Positions 44,668-58,624 are shown, counted from the whole stretch's first letter. The stretch is DNA of 63,000 nt, filler included, from Cercozoa sp. M6MM (GCA_040357565.1; 10 parts of 10 records of this genome joined end to end with filler, not necessarily neighbours in it); one strand, 5' to 3'. Numbers and translations: made by a program. The notes: generated by a model not told the origin, from the sequence alone.

Positions 44668-46750
44668 TTAGTTGAGTTGAGCAACAAGTTGCTCGACGAG
44701 AGCGTTGACGCCGTTCTTGTCGAGGCCGGAGTTTTGCTGCAGTACGCGACGCGCCTTGCCGGCCTTCAGACAAAACACGAATGACATCAGAGCTCAAACA
44801 CAAGAAACCTTAGAGAAGAAGAAGGTACCGGCATCGCCCACTGCGCACGCTGGGCAGCGCACTTCTTGGTCAACAGCGCGAGCGCAAGCAATGTAGCCAC
44901 GGTAGCATCATCGGCATTGCCACTAAACACACGCACACATACACAAAGACACATACGGTCAGTCATACTGATGAAACAGCGAAGCAGGGAAGCTAGCTAC
45001 CCGAGGAGAGCACGCGCCTTGTCGGCCTGGGCCTGCAGGTCGGCCGGCAGCGACGTAAGCGACCATGAGCCGTCGAGTGCCTGCGCCTTCACGAGCGTCG
45101 ACATGAGCGTGGCATCACCGGCCACGGTAGGCTTTGGTGCAGCCTTGCGCTCCTCGGATACCTGTGCAACATACTCTCAGGTACAACTCCATCGGCGGCA
45201 CAATGTTCCTCTTGATGGATAAGCCACTACCTTGGCGACCGATCTGCCGCGAGCAACCGAGCGCTTCTTCTTGCGCTCCGCGCTTTCCTTCTTGCTATTC
45301 ACACAAGCAATCTCCACTTCAATGTGTACAAATATACAGAGAGAGTACAAGGAAACGGGAGCCGCGGCAGAGCGACGCATCGGAGCAGCCTACAAGTACA
45401 TCTCAAGTTGCACCCAAGCGTGCAGGAAGACATGCGTGTGGCACGAGATACGGCAGCAGGCGGCGCAGGCGGTGCACCACCGTACGACGACATTGAGAAC
45501 GAGTCGGCGAGGCAGTCCTCCGCAGGCGCAGGAGCAGCACACTCCGCTGCTGGCGCAGCACTCGCACTGGGCGACGGCGAGAAGGCGTTGCGCAGACGGC
45601 CAAAGAAACCCTTTGACTTCGGCACCTCTTGTTGCTGCTGCTGCACCGGTCCAGTGCACAGCGACGAGCTGCGCAGCTGCATGGGCGCCGCGTTGAGCGC
45701 AACAGGTGCGGAACTGCACACCTCAGCCTCGGCTGAACCCCAGTCGTCACACTCCTGCGTCCATACACATAAACACATAACGCGCAGAAGGGATTAAAAA
45801 GGTACCTCGTCATCGTCTTCGCTGAAGCCGTCCGAGTAGTCCGAGTCGCTGTTGCAAATCGCAGAGTTCACGGCAAAGTCCTGAAGCGACTGGCGACGGG
45901 TGCACACACTGGCCTCGTTGTCAACCATACGGATGTCACCATCGTCGTCTCCCATGCAGATGTCGTCAATCTCGGGTTCCTCGGGCTCCTCCTTGGGCGT
46001 CTCGTCCACAGCCACGAAGGAAGCGGCCGAGCACGCCAGTTGGTACCTGGGATGGCAGGGTAAAGAAGTGTCAGATGGGCAAAAAGCAAGGTGTCTGTAC
46101 CGCACGCCCAGCATGGCAAGCTCGCCGTAGACGTCGCTGTTGCCCTTCTCCATCAGCTGCTCGAGTTCCTTGATGCGTCGGCGTGCCATCAGGCGGTGGA
46201 TGGTGCTGCCCACCTGTACACATGTCCAACGGTAACATCGTACACCATACATACTAACAGGCATGTAAAGTGATAGAGCGAAAGGTACGCGAACAGAGGC
46301 TTCAGTCAGCGGCAGCTCGAGTGCAAAGTCGCGGCTCAGCTTGTCTCCCTCGGGCTGATGCAGCACGCCAGTCAGCACGCAGCTTTCCTATCACCAAGAA
46401 GTAGGGTAAGGGAGGTTAGGGAAAGGGTAGAGGGTCAAAGGGTATAGTACTTGCTGCTGCTGCATGAGTTGCTTCCACTGCGACACTGACACATCCTCGC
46501 GCACACTGTACAGACACTGACGCGACTGCTCCGTGCCCGGGAAGAGCGTCTGCGGCAACTGCTCCGGCACGCGTTGCGTAGGCTCCAGTGCAGGCGGGTA
46601 GGCCAGGTTCCTGGGACAGGGGGTAAGGCGTAAACAGAGGGGTGTGTAGAGAGCTAGATGACAAATGTACAGTGATGACACAGGCGGCTGCAGTGCTGCC
46701 ACCAACAATGTCATCACCAGGTCGCCTGCCTCTGACGGCTTGTTGATGAA
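44668..46750 (-). CDS. VIT/vWA-domain protein (VWA5A-like), C-terminal part
   Basis: LVAALQP, TIHRLMARRRIKELE, YQLACSAASFVAVDE, AQALDGSW, ATLLALALL...QW...KARR. Confidence 0.75.
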
Positions 46751-46930
46751 NNNNNNNNNNNNNNNNNNNNNNNNNNNNNNNNNNNNNNNNNNNNTTAATT
46801 AATTAANNNNNNNNNNNNNNNNNNNNNNNNNNNNNNNNNNNNNNNNNNNNCACTGGTGCACGCGTTGCCTGCCTGCAGCAGCACTTTGACGCGATCGTGC
46901 GCCGTCTGTGTTACACCCCCCCCCCCCCAG

Positions 46931-48414
46931 CGGCATTGCGGGTGCCGTGTCGCGCACGCTGACTGCGCCGATCGATCGCGTCAAAGTGCTGCTGCAGGCA
47001 GGCAACGCGTGCACCAGTGTAGCCACCTCTGTGTCCTGTGTCGTGCCCCCTTAACTATATTACTTTAACGGTTCTGCGCAGAGTGAGGTGCGGAAGGACC
47101 CGAATGCTGCTCCGATTCGCGGCTTCTACCACGGCCTGCGCACGATCTATCGCACAGGTTCGACTCCTTTTTCATAAGTGCAGGCTAGTTAGTGCATTAA
47201 CTCACACACACTAACACAGCGGGACTACGGGGTTTCTTTGTCGGCAACGGCACCAACTGCATCAAGGTAGGCTCAAGTTTTTTTTTTCTTCAGTCGCCCG
47301 TTGCTAAAGAATGGCATTGCGTGCTTCATACAGATTGCGCCAGAGACTGCTGCTCGTTTCTGGGCCTACGATCGCTTCAAGGTGCGTCCTTGTCTTGCTG
47401 GGCTTTTTGGTTTTTGCATTTCGGAGTTTTTATTTTTCGTATTTGTGTGGCGTTTCAGCGCATCATTTGTCGCGATCACGAGGCGCCCACCTTGTTTGAA
47501 CGCTTCTGTTCTGGCGCATCTGCCGGTACACTTTGTCAGTCACGTGGTCTTGGCTGCACTTGGCATGTCTCGTTTTTGTGTGTCACAGGCGCTGTGGCTC
47601 AGTTTTGTATCTACCCGCTCGAGATTGTGAAAACACGCCTCGCTGTCTCGCGTGTTGGCGAGTACAAGGTGCCGCAATCAGTGCCAATTAGAAGTTTGGG
47701 CACGGAATTGTGTGTCTAATAGGGCATCTTGGACTGTGCGAGAAGAACAGTGAAGTTCGAGGGCCGAACTGCTTTATTTAAGGGTGCGTTTTTTTCCGTT
47801 TGTGATTTGTTTTTTGTGGGCCCAGACTCAAAGTTTGCTGTTTCAGGAATGGGTGCCTCGCTCACGGGCATTGTTCCCTATGCTGGTGTGGAACTGGCCG
47901 TGTTCCATACGATCAAGCAGATGTACACGGAGCGACGGCCGGGTGTGGAGCCGTCAGTGCCAGTCCTGATGGCCACGGGCGGTATTTCGTCGGCCTGCGG
48001 ACAGGTGCGTTGTTCCGTGCTACACTGAGAGTGACACTGAGAGTGTATGTAGATGCTGGCCTACCCGTTGCAACTGGCCCGAACCAAGTTGCAAGCACAG
48101 GGCATGCGCGGTCGTCCCGTGCTGTACGAGGGACCTTTCGATTGTCTGCGCAAGGTCTGCTCGCAGGACGGCTTTGTCGGCATGTACCGAGGCATCGGTA
48201 CACTGCCTGTTTGTGCTGTTTGTTGTTTTGCGACTCGAAGGATGCTATGCTGCTGCAGGACCGAACTTTGCCAAGTCTATCCCGGCCATTGCCATCAGCT
48301 ACACTGTCTTTGAGAAGGTGCAGTATTCTACTCGTGTTATTATACTCGTTATGCTCTGTCTTGTACTTCCTCCATCCGGTGCGACTGCAGGTCAAGAGAA
48401 TACTGCCGGACTGA
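46931..48414 (+). CDS. Mitochondrial carrier, ATP-Mg/Pi (SCaMC, SLC25A23-25)-like; 5' truncated
   Basis: GIAGAVSRTLTAPIDRVKV, GNGTNCIKIAPE, IYPLEIVKTRL, GIVPYAGVEL, AYPLQLARTKLQ, PNFAKSIPAIAISY. Confidence 0.92.
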
Positions 48415-48821
48415 CCAAAGTGAAAAGTCTCGTCTGAGGAATACGGCAGTTTCGTCGCGTTGGAACCGTCCAGTCGGACCGGTTGATTTATTTAGTTGTA
48501 CTACTTTATTCCGTTCACCGCGTGACGCGTCATGTGACGCCAATTTATGCTTCACACGTCTGTGAACACAGCAGCACGTCTAAAATCGATGGAGATTTGC
48601 TTACGCACTCGAGAATTGTCGACAGCTTAGCGCAATCTAGAGTACTGGGCCGGCGCATGCACGTGCTAACACGCGATCTGTTGTATTAGTGTGTTCTGTG
48701 CTCGGTGGGACCCTTCTGATTCTATTATTCGCGCCAGGCGGTATTTTTTCGTTTTTGCTTACGCGCGCGGGACTGATTGATTGTGGTATTTTTCCGGCAG
48801 TGAGAGAGAAACGCCGTTGCA

Positions 48822-50725
48822 ATGGAGCTAGAACAGCTGCGCGGTGAGTTGGCGAGCTGGGAGCGCGAGTTTCGCGAGTTCAGCGGCCGCGCGGCTACGG
48901 CGGCGGACCGGCGCAGCGATCGCGTGGTGGCGCGTCTCGTGTCGCGCATCGCCGCCCTCGAGTCGCGTCAGTCGCGCCCGCCCGTCCGCGCTGACAGTGC
49001 CAGCCACTCACTACCGCCGCCGAAGAAACGCCTGTCGCTGCGCGAGCGGCGCCTGCAGCGGCGCCAACAACAACAACAACAACAGCGAGAAAAACAACAA
49101 CAGGAACAAGAAAAACAACAACAACAGCAAGAAAAACAACAACAGGAACAAGAAAAACAACAACAACTCGAATCTGCCGTGCGCAAAATGCCGTCTGCCT
49201 TTGCGAGTTCGGTATCGTGGATTGTTTGTTTTTTGTATTTTTCCGCATCCGCGCGGACGTGATGTAGTCGCAACTGGAGGTACGCGAGCGCGAAACTCAG
49301 CGCCGGCGTCGCGAGTTCTACGAGCACGCGCAGCAGCAGGTACGTTTGATCGCTCACCGTCTCTCGCTGATGTGCATGTGTCCAAGTGGCCATGTGACAC
49401 CACAGGACGCCAGTGTGACGTCGCTCACGTGGAGCGACGACAGGAAGCGTCCGCGCGGATGTCCGTCCAAACGACGCAGCGGCGACGCGACTGGCGCACC
49501 GTCCATGTCAGTGGTGTCGCATGACTGGTCGAATAATCGATCGAATGATCGGTTGAATGATCGGTTGAATGATCGGTCGGATGATCAAACCGTCAGTGTA
49601 ACTGATGACACAGCGATCAGTGCGAATGACGGTGCCAACGAGACGACGGAACCGTCGTCGGAGAAGGAGAACTCGCGACCAACCAAGCGACGCAAGCAGC
49701 GGCAGAACTTTGTGCGACTCGACACGCGCAACGGCGGGTACCCGTGTCCATTTGTCCTGTCCATAGTACCTGTCCATATGTACCTGTCCATATGTACCTG
49801 TCCATATGTACCTGTCCATATGTACCAGTACATGTACATTGCCTGTCTATTGGTCCGCTTGTATACACGCAGGTATAGTCGACGCCGAGGTGCGTGCAAG
49901 GGCGCCGGCAAGCGCGTCTCGAGCTTTGTCTCCAAGTTCGAGTTCCGCAAGAAGAAAATGGCCGAGCACGCCAAGCAGTGGGCCGGTGCGTTTGCCCCCT
50001 TTGTCCGCTGTCTTTACCCTGTCTTTACCCCCAGTCTCTATCCCCTTCCCCCCTCGTAGATGCAGCATACGCGGACCTGCTGGACGCAGAGCGACTAGAT
50101 AGTGTACCTTGGGTCATCTTAGGTGCGTGTATGTCAGGTATACCACCTCCCTTCCTCCCCTATGACAGGTGGTGAAACGGCGCCGACAGGAGTCGCAGGG
50201 ACAAGGTTATTTCGAGGACGATGCTGTCGACCTGGACGAGAGCACAGGTGTCGACTGCTTCAGCAACCTGGCGGCCTTTCCGAGTGCCTCCATGAACACT
50301 CCCGACAAGCCTGGTCCTGTCAGTACCTGTACCGAGAGTACCAGTACCTGTACCGACAAGGCAGTCGGTCATACCGACGTGGACCGCGTGCTGCGCGAGA
50401 GTTTCCGCCTGTCGAACTGGCGACCGGGTCAGCGCGAGGCCGTGACACGTGTGGTATGACCACGTGACATACTGACTGTGTGACTACTGACTGTGTGAAC
50501 ACTGACTGTGTGACCACTGACTGTGTAACCACATGTGTTCAGTTGGACGGTGAGGATCTACTGGTGGTACTGCCTACCGGTGCCGGCAAGTCGCTCATCT
50601 ACCAGGTGGCCTCGGTGTGCCTGCCCGGCGTCACCCTCGTGGTGTCGCCGCTTCTGGCGCTGCAGCGCGACCAGCTCGCCAAGCTGCCTGCCGTGCTGGC
50701 CAGTCGTGCCGCTCTGTGGAACAGG
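48822..50725 (+). CDS. RECQL4: RecQ4-type DNA helicase with N-terminal Sld2-like domain; 3' truncated
   Basis: [23 protein letters not shown] (Sld2/RecQ4 N-terminus), [45 protein letters not shown]. Confidence 0.88.
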
Positions 50726-50922
50726 TAGTGTTCCTCCCAGTATCCCTACCCCCCCCCCCCCNNNNNNNNNNNNNNNNNNNNNNNNNNNNNNNNNNNNNNN
50801 NNNNNTTAATTAATTAANNNNNNNNNNNNNNNNNNNNNNNNNNNNNNNNNNNNNNNNNNNNCCCCCCCCCCCCCCCCCCCGTTTCCCAGCCCCCAGCCCC
50901 CTACGCCCCTTGGTGTGTGTAG

Positions 50923-53245
50923 TTGCTGGCAGAAGCAGCCAAAACGAGCGCCGCTGTGACGCTGACGCTGTCGCCCGAGCAGCAGCGCGACCTTCTGATG
51001 GCACACGCTGCCAGGGTACCCTCCCTCACCCCCCTTACCTTCTCTCCCTACCCTCTGACCCTTCACACCGCCGGAGTAGGCCCAGAAACTCGAGGCCAAG
51101 GTCGACGAGGACCCGTACCAGATTCCGAAGATTGCGACGAGCGCCAAGAGTGCCGCCGCCAGTGCCGCTGCCGCCGCCACAGTCGGCGTCGACATCGGCG
51201 GCGGTGCTGTCACCAAGGCTGGTATTTGTGTGCCTCCTCCCATCTTACCCCCCCCCCTTAACCCCTTCTTTCTTGTTGTCACAGAGCAACCGCCAGAACT
51301 GGTCGCAGAAGACGAATTCGCCGCCGTAACTTCCCCTTTGACTACGCATGTGTCTCAACTCGGTGTGTATTGTGTGTCATTGTGTGTGTGAGCAGGGTGA
51401 GGACGACAGTGACCAGGTACGCGCGGAAGTGGGCAGGCGTGTCTGTGTCTGTGCGTGACCCTCCATACACCTCCCACACAGGTGAAGAAACGCGTGACGG
51501 ACGAACTGCAGTCGCGACGACTGGCGGTACACCATCTTCATGTGTGTATCGGTCTTCATTGTGTATCGGTCTTCATGTGTGTATCGGTATCGATGTCTTG
51601 TGTATGAGGTGTGATGAGCGGTGTAGGTGATGGGTACTCTGCGCATGCCTCGTCCGAGAGAGGTAGCACACGTGTGTTTGTATATGTATATGTTTATGTG
51701 TATATGTGTGTATATGTGTATATGTGTATGTGTATATGTGTATGTGTATATGTGTATGTGTATGTGTAGTGTATGTATGTCTATGTGTGTGTGTGTGTGC
51801 ACAGGCACAGCTGTCGTCTCTCTCGCAACAGCAGCAGCAGGAACAAGAAGACGCCTCCTCCTCCACTGGTACACACACGTGGTCACTCTATGATCACTGT
51901 CTGAGTGTCACTCTGTGGTCACTGTATGACATAAGTTATGTGGTCACTCGCGGGTACAGCACTCGCCGTCGTGAGTCACAGCGCGCGCCGATCGCTGCGA
52001 CGTCTCAACCCTTCGGTAGCTTCGTTTTTGTATCTGTCTCTGTATTCTGCCAGGTCCGCGCGGATGGACACTGTGTGGTCAGGTAATTGCGGCGCTGCAG
52101 CGCGAGGAACAGAAGGTCTCGGTGGCGCCGCTCCGTTCACTCTCGGTGTGTTTTGCCCCTGCCGTCCTTCACACTCCCGTCCCTTTACTCCTCCCTCTCC
52201 CGATAGGATGCCGCCACGGTGCGAAAGGTGCCGAAACCGCCGACAGCTCCGCCGAAACCGCCGATGGAAGTGCCCGTGAGTGATCCAACGTCGCCTGCGC
52301 CCTGCCATGTGTACACACACACACACACACGCACACTCCCACCCTCAGTCCAACGACCCGTGCATCTGACTGGTCCATTTGTACTTCACACCTGTGCAGC
52401 AGCAAGGACGACACGCTCGTTTCGCTCGTCGACGATGTGTCGCCTGTGCCTGAGCGTCGAGTACCCTCCCGCTTTACCCCGTTATTCCCTGTCCTCCTTG
52501 CCCCACACCCTCTCTACCCTTACCCTCCCTTGACCCCCCCCCCCCTTGCATGACACAGGAGGAAGACCTGCGACTGCCCTTCTTGACTGAGGTGTGTGCA
52601 TACTATGTGTATACACACGTATGCACATGTATGCGTATGTGTACAGGCACTGTATGACATGTCACCGTCGCCGGCACAGTTGCGACTACAGGTACAGAGT
52701 CAGAGCCGTTGTGTGTCCAATCGGACCAGTGTTTGTACTCACATGGGGACATACGCGCACAGGCACGTCAACATGGCGCGCAGGCGTTGCAACGCGTCGA
52801 CAAATTCGTCGTGCGGCACGCCGACTACGGCTCCGTGTATCCTTTCCCTTCTCTTGCCTTACCCTCGTACCCCGTACCCCGTACCCCTACCCTCCCCCCC
52901 AGTGAGTTCCTGGCGCCGGTGGACGTGCGCGCACTCGACGTGTGCCGCATCGTGCGATTTGCGCCCATGGCCATCGCTGTCTACGACGGTCGGCGCGCGC
53001 AGAAACTGCGTCCTCCGCGCGGACAGGGTCTCAACGTGCCGTCTCGTGTGACATTGCGCCACGTGTGGCCAGTCGACCCTGTGTCGTACTGCCTGTTGTT
53101 GTTCCTGTGTTGTTTGCTGTTCTTGAATGACTGATGGGTGAGGTGAATGTGTACTGGTGGGAGCACAGACGTCAAGCCGCGCCGACGACAGACGCTGCGA
53201 CACTGGCCGACTTTGAGGCCACCCTGCGCGACACGTGTGACAAGG
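50923..53245 (+). CDS. NUP98: Nucleoporin Nup98/96 fragment including the autopeptidase (S59) domain
   Basis: YDMSPS...VDKFVVRHADYGS|EFLAPVDVRALDVCRIVRF...AVYD...RPPRGQGLNVPSRVTLRHVWP. Confidence 0.82.
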
Positions 53246-53284
53246 TACAGCCTGACCCAGACCTCATGGGCACTTGAGACTGAG

Positions 53285-53384
<100 letters not shown>

Positions 53385-53498
53385 NNNNNNNNNNNNNNNN
53401 NNNNNNNNNNNNNNNNNNNNNNNNNNNNTTAATTAATTAANNNNNNNNNNNNNNNNNNNNNNNNNNNNNNNNNNNNNNNNNNNNCCCCCCCGTGTAGT

Positions 53499-56351
53499 TC
53501 AAGAACGCTCGTGATCACGCACATTGGCTGCTGTGTGCGGCGGTATGTGGTTTCACTCCCCCCTGCCCCCCTTAATTCCCACGTGCAGTTGATGATGCGG
53601 CGACTGCATCGATCGCGTCTCCGCGCGGACAGGCTGACCGAGGCTGTCGACGCGTGGTACGACGGCGAGGACCTGCGGGTTTGGCCCTCTTTACTCCCTC
53701 CCCCTTCACCCCTTATCCCCTTTACCGCCCTATCCCCCTTTACCCCCTATCCCCCTTTACCCCCTATCCCCTTTACCCCCTATCCCCCTTTACCCCCCTA
53801 TATCTCCTTTACCCCCTCCCCCTGTAGCGAAACGACGCAGAACTGGTCGCGCCGAATCCGAACCTTCCATTTGTACAGTTTAATTTAACCCCCCCCCCCC
53901 TACTGGTTCCCCCCCCCCTACTCCCACCCCCCCCCCCGTGCCCTTGCCGTCAGGCGTACAACAGGGACAGTCTGAGAAACCACGACTGGGTTTGCCGACA
54001 TGTATTGCACCCCTTTAATATATATGTACAGATGGACGGGTCTCCTGTTTTAAGGCTGCGTTTTTAGGCCGCCATCAGCAAGGACTGGCGGACGGATTTT
54101 GGCATTCTGTCGGTGGCTTTACCCTCCATACCCTCGTTCATACCCTCTACCCTCCATGCCCCTCTACCCTCCATACCCCCTGTACCCCCCCCCCCCCCTG
54201 TAGAAGGAGGAACTGAAAAAGTTGACGCTGCGTGTTGTGGGCGATGTCAGTGGTAGTTCTACCTTATCCCGACCCCCTACCCTTCTCAACCCTACCCTAC
54301 CCCCCTGGCTCAGCGACTGAAGTGAGCGACAACGACGAGGAAATCAAACACGACACGGAAAGCGAAGTCGTAAGTTAAAGGGCCCTTATTGGTTAAGGGG
54401 GCAGTGTCTATTAAAGGCAGTGTTTATTAAAGGCAGTGTTTATTAAAGGGGTGCTATTTGTAAAGGGGTGCTAATTTGGTTGGAGGGGCTTTGATGTAGA
54501 GACAAGTGGACGAGGCTGATCGTGTCAAATACGAAGATCAGATGCAGCGCATTCTCAAGGTTTACCCCCCCCCCCCTTGGCCCTCTTGGCCCCCCTTAGC
54601 CCCTCTGCTCGTTTATCTCGCTTTAATCCCCTTGACTCCAGCTGCTGGAAGCGATGAACGAGGGCTCTTCGCGCGAGCACAACAGACGCGTGGACCTGGT
54701 AGAGTTGTACCATCCTACCCCCCCCCCCCTGCCTCCTGAACCCCCTGCCCCTTTGCCCCCTACCCCCCTTTACCCCCCTACCCCTTTACCCCCTCCCCCC
54801 CGACAGTTCGAGCAGCAGCAGCAGCAGCAGCAGCGGCACAATTTTTGGATCCGTCGTTCGACGAGACAGCATCACATGTTGCAGCGTACGTGTGTTTTTA
54901 TCCGTCTTTTTGCACGTTCAGGTGGACATGTTTAAGGCTGCGTAGTGCCGAACTGGAATTTTTCTTGCCATCGCGTACGATCCTGTTTTAACCCACTCCT
55001 TCCCCCGTATATTCGGGCATGCAGATCACGCGATTTCCGACGACGTTTGGCGAGTTCTGTCGAAAGTTTCTCTCGAGTAATCCTATCTTTGCCCCCCTCT
55101 TTGCCCCCCTCTTTGCCCCCCTCTTTGCCCCCCTCTTTACCCCCTTCCCCCACTCATTATTCCCCATGTAGATCGCTGGATAAATTCCGTGTGCTACAAA
55201 CACATTGCCGATGTATGCACTTCCTTCCCAACCCACCCTTCCCTTTACCCCCGTTCTCTTTACCCCCGTTCCCTTAACTTTACCCCCACGTGAAAAACAG
55301 GAGATCCGCAGTCGGGCTCGTCACGACAAGCTGGTCTGTTACCATCCCTGTTTACCCCCCCCCCCCCCACTCCCTGTTTACCCCTTATGTAGTTGGAGGA
55401 ACGCATTGAGGAACTGCGTGATCACGTGCGTCGTGTGGACGCTCTAGGCGAGGCGCCTGTCGTGCCGGTCGCGATGAGTGACGATGTAGTTCACCCCCTA
55501 TCCTCTTTCCTTTAACCCTACCCCCCCCCCCACCTAGGAGCACAAGGAGCCGCACCGTTACGAGATCGGACCCAAGCTTTCGACGCTACTGTCGGTGGTC
55601 AAGAAGCGTCTGGAAGGTGCTTTACTCCTTCCCCTTCCTTGGCCTCGACACCCTTTTCCTACCCCGACCCCTTAGATCCGTCGGCGCGTCTGGTGTTGTT
55701 CGCGGCGGCCGAATCGGCGCTGCGTCGTGTGCGATCGCTGCTGGAGACTGCTGGTTTTGCCCATCCTCTTACTCGCTACCCTCTACCCCTTACCCCTTAC
55801 CCCTTCCCCCTTACCCCTTACCCTTACCCTTACCCCTTACCCCTTACTCCCCATGTGTTCAGGAGTGCCATGTGCGGCGCTGAGTGGCACAGCGCAGAAG
55901 AAGGCGCGGCAGCTGATCGCCTTTGTTGCGTACTATCTCCTACCCTGGGTGATCTACCCTGGGTGATCTACCCTGGGTGATCTACCCTGGGTGATCTACC
56001 CTGGGTGATCTACCCTGGGTGATCAAGCGGGTGGGAGTGTCTAACTGCCGCTGTATGTAGCGAGGACGAAGACGAGATTCCGGAGTGGGCGCCTCGTGTG
56101 CTACTGCTGTCGCTGAAACGCTCGGCTTCGGTATGACAGGGGGTTAAAGGGGTGAAGGGTCGGGAAGGAAAACTGAGTGAGTCGATGTGCCTGCAGGGTG
56201 TCAATATGTTCCGTGCCACGTCGGTCATTTTCGTCGACGCTCTGGACGGCAGCGCGCAGCAGGTATGCTTTTATCCACCTCCTTTACCCACCCCTTTACC
56301 CTCCATGCAGGTGCGCACGCAAGAGACGCAGGCCGTGGCGCGTGCTGTATG

Positions 56352-56397
<46 letters not shown>

Positions 56398-56812
56398 CTT
56401 TCGGATGTCGACCCTCTGTATGCCTTGGTGTATCCGAGTGTCTCTCTGGCCAGGTGCGCCAAGGTGGTCATCACAAGGAGAACGGCGAGGAACGACTTGT
56501 CGAGTACCTACACCTATATTCATACACGTATATTGAAATATGTTTGTGTTTACCTATATATACGTGCTTATGTACGTATGCGCATGGATATATACATGTA
56601 TATGTATATATGTATCTATGTATATATGTAAGTATCTTGTGCATAGGTGTCTTCGTCTGGTGACCAAGAACACGCTGGAGGAGGTGCTGTACCGCCGTGC
56701 GATGGAACTCGAGGAGAGCGAGAATACGGCCGGGGCTTCCTGTGCCGCCGAAGAGAGTGCCGCTGCCTCGGAGTCAGAGTCCACTTCGGCCTCCTCTGCG
56801 GCCAGTGCGTGA
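53499..56812 (+). CDS. SNF2-family (Rad5/16-like) helicase, C-terminal part; 5' truncated
   Basis: GPKLSTLL...RLVLFA, RVLLLSLKRSAS|GVNMFRATSVIFVD, ETQAVARA|VRQG, RLVTKNTLEE. Confidence 0.75.
55940..56023 (+). repeat. Perfect 14-bp minisatellite (CTACCCTGGGTGAT)x6, intronic
   Basis: Six exact adjacent copies with no spacers. Confidence 0.95.
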
Positions 56813-58467
56813 CCCTAGCTTCAGCCTAGCCTGCCCTGACATCATCGCATGCCATCCCCTCTCACAAATCTTCATGGCCAGTATTCGATCGGACAATAAA
56901 TAGCCATACCCCAGTAAGTATTAGTGTATCAGTATCGTTGAGCCGGCAGACCTTGTTTGGCGAGCGGCGGGTTTTTTCGAGGCAAACCGAACCCCCATTT
57001 GTCTAAATATCTACCCGTTTTACCCCCCCCCCCTTAGCCCTTTACCCACCTTCCGTTCTTTCCCCTCTTTGCTCCCCTACCACTCTTACTCCCCTTTTTG
57101 AACGAAGTCGACTTCATGGTTGCAATGGCGCAAATAACAAGGATGCTAATGAACTCATTTCGAATTGTAGTTAGTTAGTTGAGTCTTCTAGGAAACCAAC
57201 TATGTCGCTTAGTTCCCCTGCAAGTCTGGGGTGGGTCACAAGAGCATGGCCGTGTCCACCGCCCGCTTGTAGGACCATACAACTCCCCTTTTGACGTTCC
57301 CCAAGACACCGAAGTCGACTTCATAGACTTAGTTGGTGCAGGTAGCGGGCTCCAAGTAGAGAGGCGTTGCAGGCGGCGTCGGGTCGTCCCGTCTCGTCGT
57401 CCTCCCGCCTCTCCACTCGATAACTAAACTAAACAAACAAGGGCCACCACTGCTATGAGTGGTGGCCTAGTCTATGTCGGGGACCTCTAGTGCCTGCTGG
57501 GAGGCTGGTTGTCCTTCGGCAGTCATTTTCAGTTATTGCTGTTTCTTCTCATCTGCTTTTTCAGTTTCTCGATGTAGCCGTCAGGACTAGAATGAAAGGG
57601 GGAGGGGAGATCGGATACCTCTAGGATACAAGGATACGACTGAGAAGGGATCAATAGGATGAAGGTAGCACTGATATAGGACGGAAGATAACACACATGC
57701 GCTTGAACGTCCGGCGACCTCAGTTTTCGGATAACGGCCACACCTCGCGCTTCCGTAAATTACTGGTACAGACCATCGTCTGTTTTTGGTAGACTGAACT
57801 AACGTAACTAAACTGAAATGAAAGAAACGAATCTGTGCGGCACCAACGTACTGTAGTTGCTTTTGTTCGTGTTTGTACGACACTTCGGCTCTACCGAGTC
57901 ACAGCCGCCACTTTTTCGACCTGTCGGCCGCATTGGCAGTGAATCTGCACTCAGAACGGTAGAAATCTTTTCTGAAGTGTCTCTGGGATCTTGGCTCGCT
58001 GTCCTAGAGCAGCGCTGAATCCATTTCATTTTCTCAGGTTTCACGTGAAACAGCGATGGCATCTGCACCGCCAAAGCCGGCCGCAACGTTTGCGGCCACA
58101 TTTGCAGAAAAAAATGGGCTGAGGGCCGCTGGCAGCGATGTCGGCTCCGCCCTCATCCAGTCCGCTGCAGTGCACGACACGGGCCTTGAAAAAGGTGTGA
58201 TTTACATGTGATTTACATCTGATAGGGCAGCCACTGTCTGTGTCTGTGCAGGCTTGCGAAACTTCGACACCGGAGTTGAAAAAGGTGCGATGATTCCGTG
58301 TACATTTACTCTCGGCTGTCAGTGCCTTGGTGGGTCCCTTGGGGGGGGGGTGCTGCCGTTAAGGTTGCCCTAATATTTTGCGTTTGCGCGTTGGCTTGTA
58401 AGCTGTTTTTGGTTAACTTGAGTTGCTGGACGGTGTGGTACATTGCCAATACTGTCGCTCGGCGTGC

Positions 58468-58624
<157 letters not shown>

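Noticed and set aside
46851-47019. Perfect 47-bp inverted repeat (46851-46897 versus 46973-47019)
   Set aside because: It begins exactly at a contig start and copies carrier exon sequence, typical of a fold-back chimera or assembly artefact. Spanning reads would be needed to rescue it.
47073-47082. Palindrome TCTGCGCAGA (also at 61743) as a deaminated form of TCCGCGCGGA
   Set aside because: Both copies overlap probable 3' splice sites (..GCAG|A), which explains them adequately.
55940-56023. Regular repeat array (also 7490-7580, 9945-10060, 49768-49825, 50470-50530) as possible CRISPR
   Set aside because: No unique spacers and no cas genes; these are intronic minisatellites in a eukaryote.
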